In this document: positions 27,176 through 37,147 of the stretch, in pieces
Numbering within the stretch: position 1 is the stretch's first letter
Layout: each line of letters begins with the position of its first letter
Source of the DNA: Pseudomonadales bacterium
GTDB lineage: Bacteria > Pseudomonadota > Gammaproteobacteria > Pseudomonadales > M0112
DNA: 64,000 nt
NCBI GenBank assembly: GCA_036568505.1
Contig: DATCSK010000028.1
Location: 13,167 to 77,166 of the forward strand
Direction: 5' to 3'
Position numbers and translations under genes: made by a program
The notes under the pieces: generated by a model
Told to the model about the DNA's origin: nothing
The model's input: only the letters and a program-made list of their open reading frames with translations
Database searches by the model: none

Positions 27176-27987
27176 GCAACGACGTCATTGATAACGACAC
27201 GCTGGATGCGATCGATTCCGACGAAGAAACCAGCACGCCCGACACGCGCGTGCTCGGTCAGGTAGCGGTCGATGACCCGGTGATGTTGCAGCGCATTATT
27301 GAAGGTGCCTTGCTGGCATCAGGCCGCGCCATGAGCGTGCAGCAGTTGCAGGAATTGTTTGATGAAATCCACCGTCCTGAGTTGGCCGACATTCGTGCGG
27401 CATTAAGCGCACTGGCCGATAGCTACGAAGGCCGTGGCGTTGAATTAAAAGAAGTCGCCAGCGGTTTTCGGTTTCAGGTACGGCAAGATCTGGGCCCGTG
27501 GGTGACACGCCTGTGGGATGAGAAACCGCAACGGTATTCGCGCGCCTTGCTTGAAACGCTCGCACTGATTGCCTATCGCCAGCCGATTACCCGGGGTGAT
27601 GTGGAGTCAGTTCGTGGTGTGGCGGTCAGCACCAACATCATCAAAACCCTGCTCGAGCGCGATTGGGTGAAAGTGGTGGGTCATAAAGACGTGCCCGGTC
27701 GCCCGGCACTGTATGCCACCACGCGTAACTTCCTGGATTATTTCAATATGAAAAATCTCGATGAGTTGCCGCCCTTGGCCGAGATTCGTGATCTCGACGA
27801 GTTGAGTGGCAAGCTCAATTTCGGTGATGCACCGCCGGTGGCAGCGCTTGCAACGGCCGATACCGAAGACGACGACTTCGATGACGATGATCTCGAAGAC
27901 GATATTGATGACGACGGCATGATCGATGGCGATGAAAGCATCGAAAGTGGCGAATCACCTGCAGACGACATCCGTGAGGCTGACTGA
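27172..27987 (+). CDS. scpB: segregation and condensation protein B (with long acidic tail)
   Basis: 271 aa. ATGA overlap with scpA. IIEGALLASGRAMSV and LIAYRQPITRGDVESVRGV are present, and the C-terminus is D/E-rich. Confidence 0.92.
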   Translation: MSNDVIDNDTLDAIDSDEETSTPDTRVLGQVAVDDPVMLQRIIEGALLASGRAMSVQQLQELFDEIHRPELADIRAALSALADSYEGRGVELKEVASGFRFQVRQDLGPWVTRLWDEKPQRYSRALLETLALIAYRQPITRGDVESVRGVAVSTNIIKTLLERDWVKVVGHKDVPGRPALYATTRNFLDYFNMKNLDELPPLAEIRDLDELSGKLNFGDAPPVAALATADTEDDDFDDDDLEDDIDDDGMIDGDESIESGESPADDIREAD

Positions 27988-27993
27988 CACACC

Positions 27994-28848
27994 ATGACCG
28001 ACAAGCTCCAGAAAGTACTCGCAGCCGCAGGGCTAGGCTCTCGGCGTGAGATGGAGCGCTGGATTGAAGAAGGCCGCATCGGCGTGAACGGCCAGCCTGC
28101 CACATTGGGCGACCGCGTCAGTGTGGATGACCGCATTACCGTCGATGGCCGCTTGCTGTCAATCGAAGCGCCGGCCGAGCGTGCCGTGCGCGTGCTGCTG
28201 TACAACAAACCCGAAGGCGAAATCTGCACCCGTGACGACCCGGAAGGGCGCATCACCGTGTTCTCGCGCCTGCCCAAATTGCAAAGCGAACGCTGGGTGG
28301 CGATTGGCCGGCTGGACATCAACACCAGCGGCTTGTTGCTGTTCACCACCGACGGTGAACTGGCCAACAAATTGATGCATCCCTCGCAAGCGGTCGAGCG
28401 TGAATATTCCGTGCGTGTGCGTGGCGTGTTGGATGACGATGTATTAAAGCGCTTGACCGATGGTGTGTTGCTCGAAGACGGTCTTGCCAAATTTACCCGC
28501 GTCGCGCCGGGCGGCGGCACCGATGACGGCAGCAACCGCTGGTTCTATGTCACGCTCGCTGAAGGCCGCAACCGCGAAGTGCGCCGCCTGTGGGAATCGC
28601 AAGGCATTCAGGTCAGCCGCCTAAAGCGCGTGCGTTATGGCGATGTCACCATTCCGCCGGTGATTCGTCGCGGTCAATACATGGAGTTGCCGGTCGATCA
28701 GGTGAAAGCTTTGTACGCATTGGCGGGTTTGCCAGCCAAGCCAGTGCACACCGAAACACTCGAAGAAAAACTGCGCATGGCCCGCCAACGACGCAAGGTC
28801 GTTCGCACCAAACAGCAGAAGCGGGTGGTGGCGAGAAGAAGGCGATAG
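27994..28848 (+). CDS. rluB: 23S rRNA pseudouridine synthase RluB
   Basis: 284 aa. S4 domain (LQKVLAAAGLGSRREMERWIEEGRI), catalytic GRLDINTSGLLLFT, and a basic tail. Confidence 0.93.
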   Translation: MTDKLQKVLAAAGLGSRREMERWIEEGRIGVNGQPATLGDRVSVDDRITVDGRLLSIEAPAERAVRVLLYNKPEGEICTRDDPEGRITVFSRLPKLQSERWVAIGRLDINTSGLLLFTTDGELANKLMHPSQAVEREYSVRVRGVLDDDVLKRLTDGVLLEDGLAKFTRVAPGGGTDDGSNRWFYVTLAEGRNREVRRLWESQGIQVSRLKRVRYGDVTIPPVIRRGQYMELPVDQVKALYALAGLPAKPVHTETLEEKLRMARQRRKVVRTKQQKRVVARRRR

Positions 28849-28860
28849 GATTTGGAAGCT

Positions 28861-29247
28861 TTATTTCGGCTCTGGCGTCATTCCCTGTGGAAATCTATCA
28901 AAATCGTCTATAGAAAATACATTTCCAGTAAGTTTGAGATGCGATAGCGCTGCTTGTTCTACATGAGGCATTCCTCGTGATAACTCTCCCCACATACTGC
29001 GAGTTAGTCCACGTAGCTCTAGTCGGGCAGCTCCTCTAAATGTATGTAGCCAGACCATGAAGCCGCCCGCTTCTAGCATGAAGGTTTCTTTTTGTAGTTG
29101 TCTTATGGTGGTGTTTAAAAATAAGAGGAAGTCAGGGTTTTCGGAAAAGTAGTTAATTGGGTCCATCATATTGTGACCTTTAGCCTCAAGTTTATGTCTG
29201 AGGTGTGTTGCAATCGTTACTACAAGTCCGATTTCTGATCCATCCAT
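28861..29247 (-). CDS. hypothetical protein in low-G+C insert (possibly 5'-truncated by an A7 frameshift; see findings)
   Basis: A 128-aa ORF from ATG 29247 with no SD. The frame stays open upstream to 29355. A well-placed ATG at 29339 (GAGGGA, 6 nt spacer) lies in the frame one nucleotide downstream of it (its +1 frame) and stops after 9 codons, just past the A7 run. I recognise no family. Confidence 0.5.
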   Translation of the reverse strand: MDGSEIGLVVTIATHLRHKLEAKGHNMMDPINYFSENPDFLLFLNTTIRQLQKETFMLEAGGFMVWLHTFRGAARLELRGLTRSMWGELSRGMPHVEQAALSHLKLTGNVFSIDDFDRFPQGMTPEPK

Positions 29248-29365
29248 GGCTCGAAGATTGTTTACAAATGCCTCAATCTCTGTGCGTTGAGTATTTTCAC
29301 TCCAAGAATCTAATTTTTTTGATAACCAGCCCAGCCCATGGCGTTCCCTCTCTTTTTAGATGGTA

Positions 29366-29593
29366 CTAAAATGGAATTCCTTGATGGCCATGTTGGCATT
29401 TAGGGCACTTCCGTTGAAATATATCAGTCCCATTGGCGCCATAAACATGGCCGCATTCTGGATTTGTACATTCAAGCTTGTATGAATAGGCGCCATGATC
29501 ATTGCCTTTTATGCCTCGTGTGCCATGAACCTTCTGCTTATTGCGATTAATGTAACCAATTTTGGTGGTTTCAGTTGTGCCATCTTTAAACAT
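29366..29593 (-). CDS. small zinc-ribbon protein (75-79 aa), unknown function
   Basis: Two CxxC pairs (CTNPEC and CPKC) 22 residues apart. ATG 29593 is preceded by GGAGAG, and an alternative ATG lies at 29605. The gene sits in a low-G+C segment, 20-32 nt downstream of the yciK-type gene on the same strand. Confidence 0.6.
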   Translation of the reverse strand: MFKDGTTETTKIGYINRNKQKVHGTRGIKGNDHGAYSYKLECTNPECGHVYGANGTDIFQRKCPKCQHGHQGIPF

Positions 29594-29625
29594 GATGCTC
29601 TCCATGATTGGGTAGTGATCTGTGT

Positions 29626-30378
29626 TTACCGCACATCCAATGCCTGCCCCGTAACGCCCTTGCTGTCTTTACCCATCAAATACAAAAACGCCGGCAATAA
29701 CGTCTCGGGTAAGGGGTTCACATCCGGATGTTCGCCCGGATACGCGGTGCGACGCATGGCGGTGTTGGTCGCGCCCGGGTTCAGGCTGTTCACGCGCACG
29801 TGGCTGGTGTTTTCGAGTTCGTCGGCCAGCGTTTGCATCAGGCCTTCAATGCCGAATTTTGAAACCGCGTACGCGCCCCAGTAAGCACGGCCTTTGCGGC
29901 CCACGCTGGAGCTGGTGAAGATAATCGAGGCATCGTCGGATAAACGCAGCAGCGGTAACAGGCTGTGCGTGAGTAAAAACGGCGCGTTCAGGTTCACTTG
30001 CATCACGTCGTTCCACACGTGCGGTTTGTAGCTTTCAATCGGTGAGCGGTCACCGAGTAACGCGGCGTTATGCAGCAGGCCATCGAGCTTGCCGAAGGTG
30101 TCTTGCACCCAGTCGTGCGCTTGTTCGGCCAAATCGGTATTCAGTGTTTTAAAGTCCAGCGGCAAAATGGCAGGCTCCGCACCGCCGGCTTCCAGAATGC
30201 CGTCATACACGGCATCGAGTTTATCGGTGTCGCGGCCGTGCAGAATCACCGTGGCACCAAAACGTGCAAACCCTTCGGCCATGGCGCGGCCAATGCCGTC
30301 GCTGGCGCCGGTCACCATGATGATGCGATCGCGCAATAAGTCAGCCGGTGCTTGGTAGTCGAGTAAGGGTGTGTTCAT
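29626..30378 (-). CDS. YciK-type SDR oxidoreductase
   Basis: The likely start is M28 of the track ORF (MNTPLLDYQAP..., 250 aa), 11 nt after the upstream stop. Motifs are VTGASDGIGRAMA and YAVSKFG. Confidence 0.88.
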   Translation of the reverse strand: MNTPLLDYQAPADLLRDRIIMVTGASDGIGRAMAEGFARFGATVILHGRDTDKLDAVYDGILEAGGAEPAILPLDFKTLNTDLAEQAHDWVQDTFGKLDGLLHNAALLGDRSPIESYKPHVWNDVMQVNLNAPFLLTHSLLPLLRLSDDASIIFTSSSVGRKGRAYWGAYAVSKFGIEGLMQTLADELENTSHVRVNSLNPGATNTAMRRTAYPGEHPDVNPLPETLLPAFLYLMGKDSKGVTGQALDVR

Positions 30379-30389
30379 GGTGTCTCCGG

Positions 30390-31055
30390 TCAGTGATGCC
30401 ATTGCGCGAGCAAGGCAGGCAGTTCGGTTGCCGATTGCACAATGCGTTGCGCCTGCCATTGCGCGGCGTCGTCATCGCCGTGCACATAGCCATAGGCTGC
30501 GGCAATGGTTTTAAGGCCGGCATTACGGCCTGATTCGATATCGCGCAGGTGATCGCCCACGTACACCGAGTGCGCCGGGCGGGCACCGGTCAGTTCGCAG
30601 GCGCGGAATAACGGCTCGGGGTGCGGCTTGCGATGGGTGACGTGATCGGGGCATAGCAGCACGGCATGCGCCGGTTGCAGATTCAATGCCTGCATTAACG
30701 GTTCGGCATAACGCACCGGCTTGTTGGTGACAATGCCCCAGTGAATATTGCGATCGGCCAGCCATTGCAGGGTGTCGGTGATGCCGGCAAACGGCATCGA
30801 GGCTTGATGCGCCTGGGCTTCATACAGTGCGAGCAAGCGCTGACGCGCCGGTTCAAAGGCCGCATCGGCGTCGGTTAATGACAGCGCCATGCGCACCAGC
30901 GCGGCAGCGCCATCGGATACCGTGGCGCGAATCGGTGCATACGCGAGTGCGGGCAAGCCGTGTTCGGCGCGCAATTGATTCACCACCACGTGAAAATCCG
31001 GCGCGGTATCAACCAGCGTGCCATCCAGATCAAAAAAAACCGCATCAATGGGCAT
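30390..31055 (-). CDS. HAD-IA hydrolase, phosphoglycolate-phosphatase-like (Gph/MupP type)
   Basis: 221 aa. HAD motif I is FFDLDGTLVDT, followed by VTNK and YVGDHLRDI. Confidence 0.85.
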   Translation of the reverse strand: MPIDAVFFDLDGTLVDTAPDFHVVVNQLRAEHGLPALAYAPIRATVSDGAAALVRMALSLTDADAAFEPARQRLLALYEAQAHQASMPFAGITDTLQWLADRNIHWGIVTNKPVRYAEPLMQALNLQPAHAVLLCPDHVTHRKPHPEPLFRACELTGARPAHSVYVGDHLRDIESGRNAGLKTIAAAYGYVHGDDDAAQWQAQRIVQSATELPALLAQWHH

Positions 31056-31059
31056 GGGC

Positions 31060-31773
31060 TTAACCGGGCTTGCGCGCGCTGACGATGTAATTCACATCAA
31101 TGTCGCGGCCTAGCCAATAGCGTTTGGTGAGCGGGTTGTAGCTCATGCCGGTGATGTCGAGCAATTCGAGATGCGCATCGCGCAACCAGCGGGTGAGTTC
31201 TGACGGGCGAATAAACTGCGCGTAGTCGTGTGTACCCGGTGGCAGCATGTTCAGAATGTATTCGGCACCGACGACGGCAAACAGCCACGATTTGGGATTG
31301 CGGTTAATGGTCGAGAAATAGAGTGCGCCACCCGGTTTGCATAAGTCGGCACAGGCGCGAATTACCGAGGCCGGGTCCGGCACGTGTTCGAGCATTTCAA
31401 GGCAAGTGACAACGTCGTACTGGCCTGCGCGTTCTTGCGCGAGGCGTTCGGCACTGGTGTGGAGGTATTCCACGGCCACGCCGCTTTCCAGCGAATGCAG
31501 TTTGGCGACTTCGAGCGCGGTATCGCCCATGTCGATGCCGGTGACGGCCGCGCCGCGCAAGGCCATGGCCTCGCTCAAAATGCCGCCGCCGCAACCGACA
31601 TCAATAACCTTCAGGCCACCTACCGGTGTGCGTTGTTCGATATAGCCCAGGCGCAGCGGGTTGATGTCGTGCAGCGGTTTGAATTCGCTGTGGGTGTCCC
31701 ACCAGCGGTGCGCGATGCGGGCGAACTTTTCGAGCTCGCTGTCGCTGACATTCTCTTGGTGTTGTTGGGTCAT
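31060..31773 (-). CDS. ubiG: bifunctional ubiquinone biosynthesis O-methyltransferase
   Basis: 237 aa. Contains [17 protein letters not shown] motif [13 protein letters not shown], and [10 protein letters not shown]. Confidence 0.94.
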   Translation of the reverse strand: MTQQHQENVSDSELEKFARIAHRWWDTHSEFKPLHDINPLRLGYIEQRTPVGGLKVIDVGCGGGILSEAMALRGAAVTGIDMGDTALEVAKLHSLESGVAVEYLHTSAERLAQERAGQYDVVTCLEMLEHVPDPASVIRACADLCKPGGALYFSTINRNPKSWLFAVVGAEYILNMLPPGTHDYAQFIRPSELTRWLRDAHLELLDITGMSYNPLTKRYWLGRDIDVNYIVSARKPG

Positions 31774-31778
31774 GCGAT

Positions 31779-33125
31779 TTATTCCTCGGCGATGGCGGCT
31801 TGCCAGCGGCGCGCGCGGGTGACGAGATCATTGTAATCGGCAGCCAGCAAGGTGCGATTTTCAAGTCGTGCCCGACCGGCTACCCACACGTGCGTGACGC
31901 GCGGTGCGCTGTTGGTATAAACGATTTGTGAGATCGGGTGAAACAAGGGCAGTGATTCCAGTGTGCCCATGTCGATGGCGCAGAGGTCGGCGGCTTTGCC
32001 GGCTTCCAGGCTGCCGATGCGGTCTTCTTGACCCAATGCGCGGGCGCCGTTGATGGTGGCTATTTCCAGGGCCGTGGCGGCCGGTACGGCAGCGGCATCG
32101 CCCGCCACCGCTTTGGCGAGCAGGGCGGCGGTGCGCAATTCGCCGAATAAATCGAGATCGTTGTTGCTGGCAGCGCCATCGGTGCCCAGGGCGACATTCA
32201 CACCGGTATCCAGCAGGCGCTGCACCGGGCAAAAGCCGCTGGCCAGTTTCAGGTTGGATTCCGGGCAGTGGATCACATGGCTGCCGTATTGTTTGAGCAG
32301 GGCGATATCGCCGTCATCGAGCTGCGTCATGTGCACGCATTGCGTGCGTGGGCCGAGCAAGCCGAGATCAGCCAGGCGCGCTAACGGGCGTTTACCGTGC
32401 AGCGTGATGCTCTCGGCGACTTCGTGGGCGGTTTCGTGGGCGTGAATCTGGATGGGTGCGTCAAGTTCGGCGGCGAGGGTGGCGATGCGCTGCATCGGTT
32501 CATCGCTGACCGTATACGGCGCATGCGGGCCAAATCCCACGGTGATCAGCGGGTTGTGTTTGTATTCGTCTTGTACGGCCAGGCCTTTGTGGATGTACTC
32601 GGTGGCATCGGCCGCCCACACGGTGGGGAAGTCGAGCACCGGGAAAGTGATTTGCGCGCGCATGCCCATTTGCTCGGCGGTGGCCGCTGCCGCATTGGGG
32701 AAGAAATACATGTCGCTGAAGCAGGTGGTGCCCGAGCGCAGCATCTCGGCAATGGCCAGTGCGGTGCCATCGCGTACAAAGTCATCGCTGACCCAGCGGC
32801 CTTCGGCAGGCCAGATGTGCTCTTGCAGCCACGTCATGAGGGGGAAGTCATCGGCCAAGCCCCGGAACAGGCTCATCGCGGCGTGACCGTGGGCGTTGAT
32901 CAGCCCGGGAATCACGACGTGTTGTGGTAATTCGACGGTTTGGCGAGCGGTCAATGTGCTGCGGGCAAGCTCGGTGGGCAGAATGCTGTGAATGAGGCCG
33001 TGATGAATGGCCAGCGAGTGCTGTTTGAGCACGACGCCGGCCGGCACCACCGGGATGATCAATGCGCTATGAATCAGGGTGTCAACGAGGGTGTCGGTGG
33101 GGCGAGAGGCAGGCTCTTGGCTCAT
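31779..33125 (-). CDS. mtaD: TRZ/ATZ-family amidohydrolase, 5-methylthioadenosine/S-adenosylhomocysteine deaminase-like
   Basis: The likely start is M20 of the track ORF (MSQEPASRP...). Metal-binding [10 protein letters not shown], plus HAHE and GTDGAASNN. Confidence 0.85.
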   Translation of the reverse strand: MSQEPASRPTDTLVDTLIHSALIIPVVPAGVVLKQHSLAIHHGLIHSILPTELARSTLTARQTVELPQHVVIPGLINAHGHAAMSLFRGLADDFPLMTWLQEHIWPAEGRWVSDDFVRDGTALAIAEMLRSGTTCFSDMYFFPNAAAATAEQMGMRAQITFPVLDFPTVWAADATEYIHKGLAVQDEYKHNPLITVGFGPHAPYTVSDEPMQRIATLAAELDAPIQIHAHETAHEVAESITLHGKRPLARLADLGLLGPRTQCVHMTQLDDGDIALLKQYGSHVIHCPESNLKLASGFCPVQRLLDTGVNVALGTDGAASNNDLDLFGELRTAALLAKAVAGDAAAVPAATALEIATINGARALGQEDRIGSLEAGKAADLCAIDMGTLESLPLFHPISQIVYTNSAPRVTHVWVAGRARLENRTLLAADYNDLVTRARRWQAAIAEE

Positions 33126-33407
33126 GCGCTGCGTATCCGGGTGAGTGCTTCGGCCGGCCAGTATAGCGGTTGCCCGAGGCAAGCGAAATTGTCCAGTAAA
33201 TTGAATGGCTTGGAGGGCTGTTTGGGTTGTGTGATCAGTGACAAAAGAGTGTCAGAAAAGGGGGCTTCTGTGGTAGTATTGCCAGCTTGAATTGCGGGGT
33301 TGTGACGGGGTTTCCCGGAGCATTCTGAAGCTTGCCAAAATCCCCCGCCGGCCTGTCACGGAAGAGTGGCTGCCAGCACCTGAATAATACGGAGAATGAG
33401 TGCCGCA

Positions 33408-36005
33408 ATGGGTGAAATAGCCAAAGAAATCTACCCGGTCAATATCGAAGACGAACTCAAGCAAAGCTACCTTGATTACGCAATGAGCGTGATCGTCGGC
33501 CGTGCCTTGCCCGATGTGCGTGACGGTTTGAAACCGGTTCACCGCCGCGTGTTATTCGCGATGAGCGTCCTCAATAACGACTGGAACAAGCCCTACAAAA
33601 AATCGGCCCGCGTGGTCGGTGATGTGATTGGTAAATACCATCCGCACGGCGATTCGGCCGTGTATGACGCGATTGTGCGTCTGGCGCAGCCGTTTTCCAT
33701 GCGTTACATGCTGGTGGACGGTCAGGGTAACTTCGGTTCGATTGACGGCGATAACGCCGCCGCGATGCGTTACACCGAAGTGCGCATGGCCAAACTTGCC
33801 CACGAGCTGTTGGCCGATCTTGATAAAGAAACAACCGATTGGGTGCCCAACTACGACGGCACCGAACAAATCCCCGCAGTGTTGCCGACCCGGGTGCCTC
33901 ACTTGCTGGTCAATGGTTCTGCCGGTATTGCGGTGGGCATGGCGACCAATATCCCGCCACACAACATTACGGAAGTGGTTAACGGCTGTCTGGCGTTGAT
34001 TGATAACCCGGAGTTGGATGTCGATGCCTTGATGCAGTTTATTCCGGGTCCGGATTTCCCGACCGCGGGCATCATCAATGGTCGGGCGGGCATTGTGGAG
34101 GCGTATCGCACCGGTCGTGGCCGTATTTATGTGCGCAGCCGTGCCGAAGTGATTACGCAAGAAGGCGGCAACCGCGAAGTTATTGTGATTACCGAATTGC
34201 CGTATCAGGTGAATAAAGCACGGTTGATTGAAAAAATCGCCGAGCTGGTCAAAGAAAAGAAAATCGAAGGGATTAGCGAGCTGCGCGATGAGTCCGACAA
34301 AGACGGCCTGCGCGTGGTGATCGAGCTCAAGCGTGGCGAATCCGGCGAAGTGCTGCTGAATAACCTCTACAGCCAGACGCAGCTGCAAAACGTGTTTGGC
34401 ATCAATATGGTGGCCTTGGTGAATGGCCAGCCGAAGCTGCTGAACCTAAAGCAGATGCTTGAATATTTTATTCTGCATCGCCGCGAAGTGGTTACACGCC
34501 GTACGGTGTATTTGCTGCGCAAAGCGCGTGAGCGCGGGCATATCCTGGAAGGTTATGCGATTGCGCTCGCGAATATTGACCCGGTTATTGATTTGATCAA
34601 GAAGTCGCCGTCGCCGGCTGAAGCGAAAGAGCGTTTGATTGCCAAAGAGTGGGAGCCGGGCAGCGTGCTCGCCATGCTCGAAAAAGCCGGCAGTGATGCC
34701 TGTCGTCCGGAAGGCATGGATGCAGCTTTTGGCATGCGCGATGGCAAATACCACCTTTCGCCTGAACAGGCGCAGGCCATCCTTGAGTTACGCCTGAATC
34801 GCCTGACCGGTCTTGAGCATGAAAAACTGCTGAACGAGTATCAGGAAAAACTGACGGAAATTGCCCGGTATCTCGATATTTTGGGTGATTCAGCGCTGCT
34901 AATGGGCGTGATTCGCGCCGAGCTTGAAGAAGTGCGTGCCGGTTTTGGTGATGAGCGTCGAACTGAAATCATGGCGTCGCAACTGGATTTGACGGTCGCG
35001 GATCTGATTGCCGAGGAAGAGCGTGTGGTCACGCTGTCGCACGGCGGTTATGCCAAGAGTCAGCCCCTGGATGCTTATCAGGCACAGCGTCGTGGCGGCA
35101 CCGGCAAAACGGCTACTGCAGTGAAAGAAGAAGACTTTGTCGAGCACCTGTTTGTGGCCAACACGCACGACACCATTTTGTGTTTCACCAACCGTGGCAA
35201 AGTCTATTGGCGCAAGGTCTATGAAATTCCTGTGGCCAGCCGTATTTCGCGTGGCCGGCCGATGGTGAATTTGTTGCCGCTTGAAGAAGACGAGCGCGTG
35301 ACCTCGATTTTGCCGGTGAAGGAATACACCGAAGGTCACTACATTGTGATGGCGACAGCCAATGGCACGGTGAAGAAAACAGAATTGGTCAGTTTCTCGC
35401 GCCCGCGCAGCACCGGATTGCGGGCCGTCGAGCTGGATGAGGGTGATGTGTTGGTCGGCACGGCCATCACCGATGGCAATAACGACATCATGTTGTGCGC
35501 CAACTCCGGCAAAGCCATTCGCTTCCACGAGAGCGACGTGCGCGCGATGGGTCGTACGGCACGCGGTGTGCGCGGCATTCGCTTGCAGGAAGGGCAGCAG
35601 GTGATGTCACTGATTATTCCGCAAGCAGGCAGCCGTATTTTGTCGGTTTCTGAAAACGGTTACGGCAAACGCACGCCGATCGAAGATTATCCGGTCAAAG
35701 GCCGTGGTGGCATGGGCGTGATCAGCATTCAGGCCAGCGAGCGTAACGGCAATTTGGTGGGCGCGATCCAGGTCTTTGCTGGCGATGAAATGATGCTGAT
35801 TTCTGATCAGGGCATGTTGGTGCGCACACGCACGGAAGAAGTCTCCGAGCAAAGCCGTAACACGCAAGGCGTGCGCCTCATTCGCTTGAAAGAAGGCGAA
35901 ACCCTGGTAGGGCTGGCGCGCGTTGCAGAAACCGAATCGGATGCGTCGGATATTGAATCAGATGGCGCTGCCGATCAGGCCGATGGCCCGGTCGATAGCG
36001 AATAA
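33408..36005 (+). CDS. gyrA: DNA gyrase subunit A
   Basis: [47 protein letters not shown] matches the usual GyrA N-terminus. The track ORF starts 4 codons earlier. The active-site Tyr lies in AAMRYTE. Confidence 0.97.
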   Translation: MGEIAKEIYPVNIEDELKQSYLDYAMSVIVGRALPDVRDGLKPVHRRVLFAMSVLNNDWNKPYKKSARVVGDVIGKYHPHGDSAVYDAIVRLAQPFSMRYMLVDGQGNFGSIDGDNAAAMRYTEVRMAKLAHELLADLDKETTDWVPNYDGTEQIPAVLPTRVPHLLVNGSAGIAVGMATNIPPHNITEVVNGCLALIDNPELDVDALMQFIPGPDFPTAGIINGRAGIVEAYRTGRGRIYVRSRAEVITQEGGNREVIVITELPYQVNKARLIEKIAELVKEKKIEGISELRDESDKDGLRVVIELKRGESGEVLLNNLYSQTQLQNVFGINMVALVNGQPKLLNLKQMLEYFILHRREVVTRRTVYLLRKARERGHILEGYAIALANIDPVIDLIKKSPSPAEAKERLIAKEWEPGSVLAMLEKAGSDACRPEGMDAAFGMRDGKYHLSPEQAQAILELRLNRLTGLEHEKLLNEYQEKLTEIARYLDILGDSALLMGVIRAELEEVRAGFGDERRTEIMASQLDLTVADLIAEEERVVTLSHGGYAKSQPLDAYQAQRRGGTGKTATAVKEEDFVEHLFVANTHDTILCFTNRGKVYWRKVYEIPVASRISRGRPMVNLLPLEEDERVTSILPVKEYTEGHYIVMATANGTVKKTELVSFSRPRSTGLRAVELDEGDVLVGTAITDGNNDIMLCANSGKAIRFHESDVRAMGRTARGVRGIRLQEGQQVMSLIIPQAGSRILSVSENGYGKRTPIEDYPVKGRGGMGVISIQASERNGNLVGAIQVFAGDEMMLISDQGMLVRTRTEEVSEQSRNTQGVRLIRLKEGETLVGLARVAETESDASDIESDGAADQADGPVDSE

Positions 36006-36041
36006 CCCGGTAGTTGAACTCACAGGAGTCTCATAGCAGTC

Positions 36042-37124
36042 ATGGCCCGAGCGTATAATTTTTGTGCAGGTCCCGCATCCCTTCCTGAGCCCGTTCTTGA
36101 GCAGGCGCGTCGTGAAATGATGGATTGGCAGGGCAAAGGCCTGTCGGTCATGGAAATGAGCCATCGCAGCACCGAAATGGTCGGTATTGCCAGTGCAGCC
36201 GAACAAGACCTTCGGGAGTTGCTGAATATTCCGAACGACTATGCCGTGCTGTTTTTGCAAGGCGGCGCCACCGCGCAGTTTTCCGCGATTCCTTTGAACT
36301 TGTTGCGTGGTCGTGAGTCGGCCGATTACGTGATCACCGGGCAATGGTCGAAAAAAGCGGCCGAAGAAGGCGCGCGTTACGGCAAAGCGAATATTGTTGC
36401 CAGCAGCAAAGACACTAACTTCAGTACGATTCCTGCTTTTGAGCAATGGCGGCGCGACCCGAATGCAGCCTATTTGCATTACACCCCGAACGAAACCATT
36501 GGCGGCGTCGAATTTTTCTGGACACCGGAATCCGGCGATGTGCCGTTGGTGGCAGACATGTCATCGACCATTCTTTCGCGGCCGACCGATGTCAGCAAAT
36601 TTGGCCTGATTTATGCCGGTGCACAGAAGAATATTGGCCCTGCCGGCTTGACGATTGTGATTGTGCGCCGTGATTTACTGGGTAAAGCCCATGCGATGAC
36701 ACCGACGATCATGGATTACGCCATTCAGGCTGAAAACGACTCCATGTACAACACGCCGCCGACATACTCCTGGTACTTGGCCGGTTTGGTGTTCAAATGG
36801 TTAAAAGAGCAGGGCGGTTTGACGCAAATGGAAGTGATCAATCGTCGTAAGGCAGAAAAGCTGTACGGTTATATTGATAACAGCGGCTACTACAAAAACC
36901 CGGTGGAAGTTGCCAGCCGCTCCTTGATGAATATTCCATTTACCTTGCCGCGGGAAGAGCTGGATAAGCCCTTCCTGAAAGGCGCCGAGGCGCGTGGCTT
37001 GTTGAATTTGAAAGGGCATCGTTCGGTGGGCGGTATGCGTGCGAGTGTGTATAACGCAGTGCCGGAATCGGCGGTGGATACCTTGTTGGAATACATGAAG
37101 GATTTTGCCGCACAAAACGCATAA
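36042..37124 (+). CDS. serC: phosphoserine aminotransferase
   Basis: 360 aa. YNFCAGPASLPEPVLEQARREMMDWQGKGLSVMEMSHRS parallels E. coli SerC. Confidence 0.95.
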   Translation: MARAYNFCAGPASLPEPVLEQARREMMDWQGKGLSVMEMSHRSTEMVGIASAAEQDLRELLNIPNDYAVLFLQGGATAQFSAIPLNLLRGRESADYVITGQWSKKAAEEGARYGKANIVASSKDTNFSTIPAFEQWRRDPNAAYLHYTPNETIGGVEFFWTPESGDVPLVADMSSTILSRPTDVSKFGLIYAGAQKNIGPAGLTIVIVRRDLLGKAHAMTPTIMDYAIQAENDSMYNTPPTYSWYLAGLVFKWLKEQGGLTQMEVINRRKAEKLYGYIDNSGYYKNPVEVASRSLMNIPFTLPREELDKPFLKGAEARGLLNLKGHRSVGGMRASVYNAVPESAVDTLLEYMKDFAAQNA

Positions 37125-37147
37125 ATATTCCGAGGCACAGGCGAGTC

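Noticed and set aside
27738-28535. 265-aa Ser-rich minus-strand ORF spanning the scpB-rluB junction
   Set aside because: It is antisense to two well-supported genes. The Ser/Arg-rich composition is what the reverse complement of the acidic GAx-rich scpB tail produces. It also crosses an intergenic gap, which a real gene would not be expected to do.
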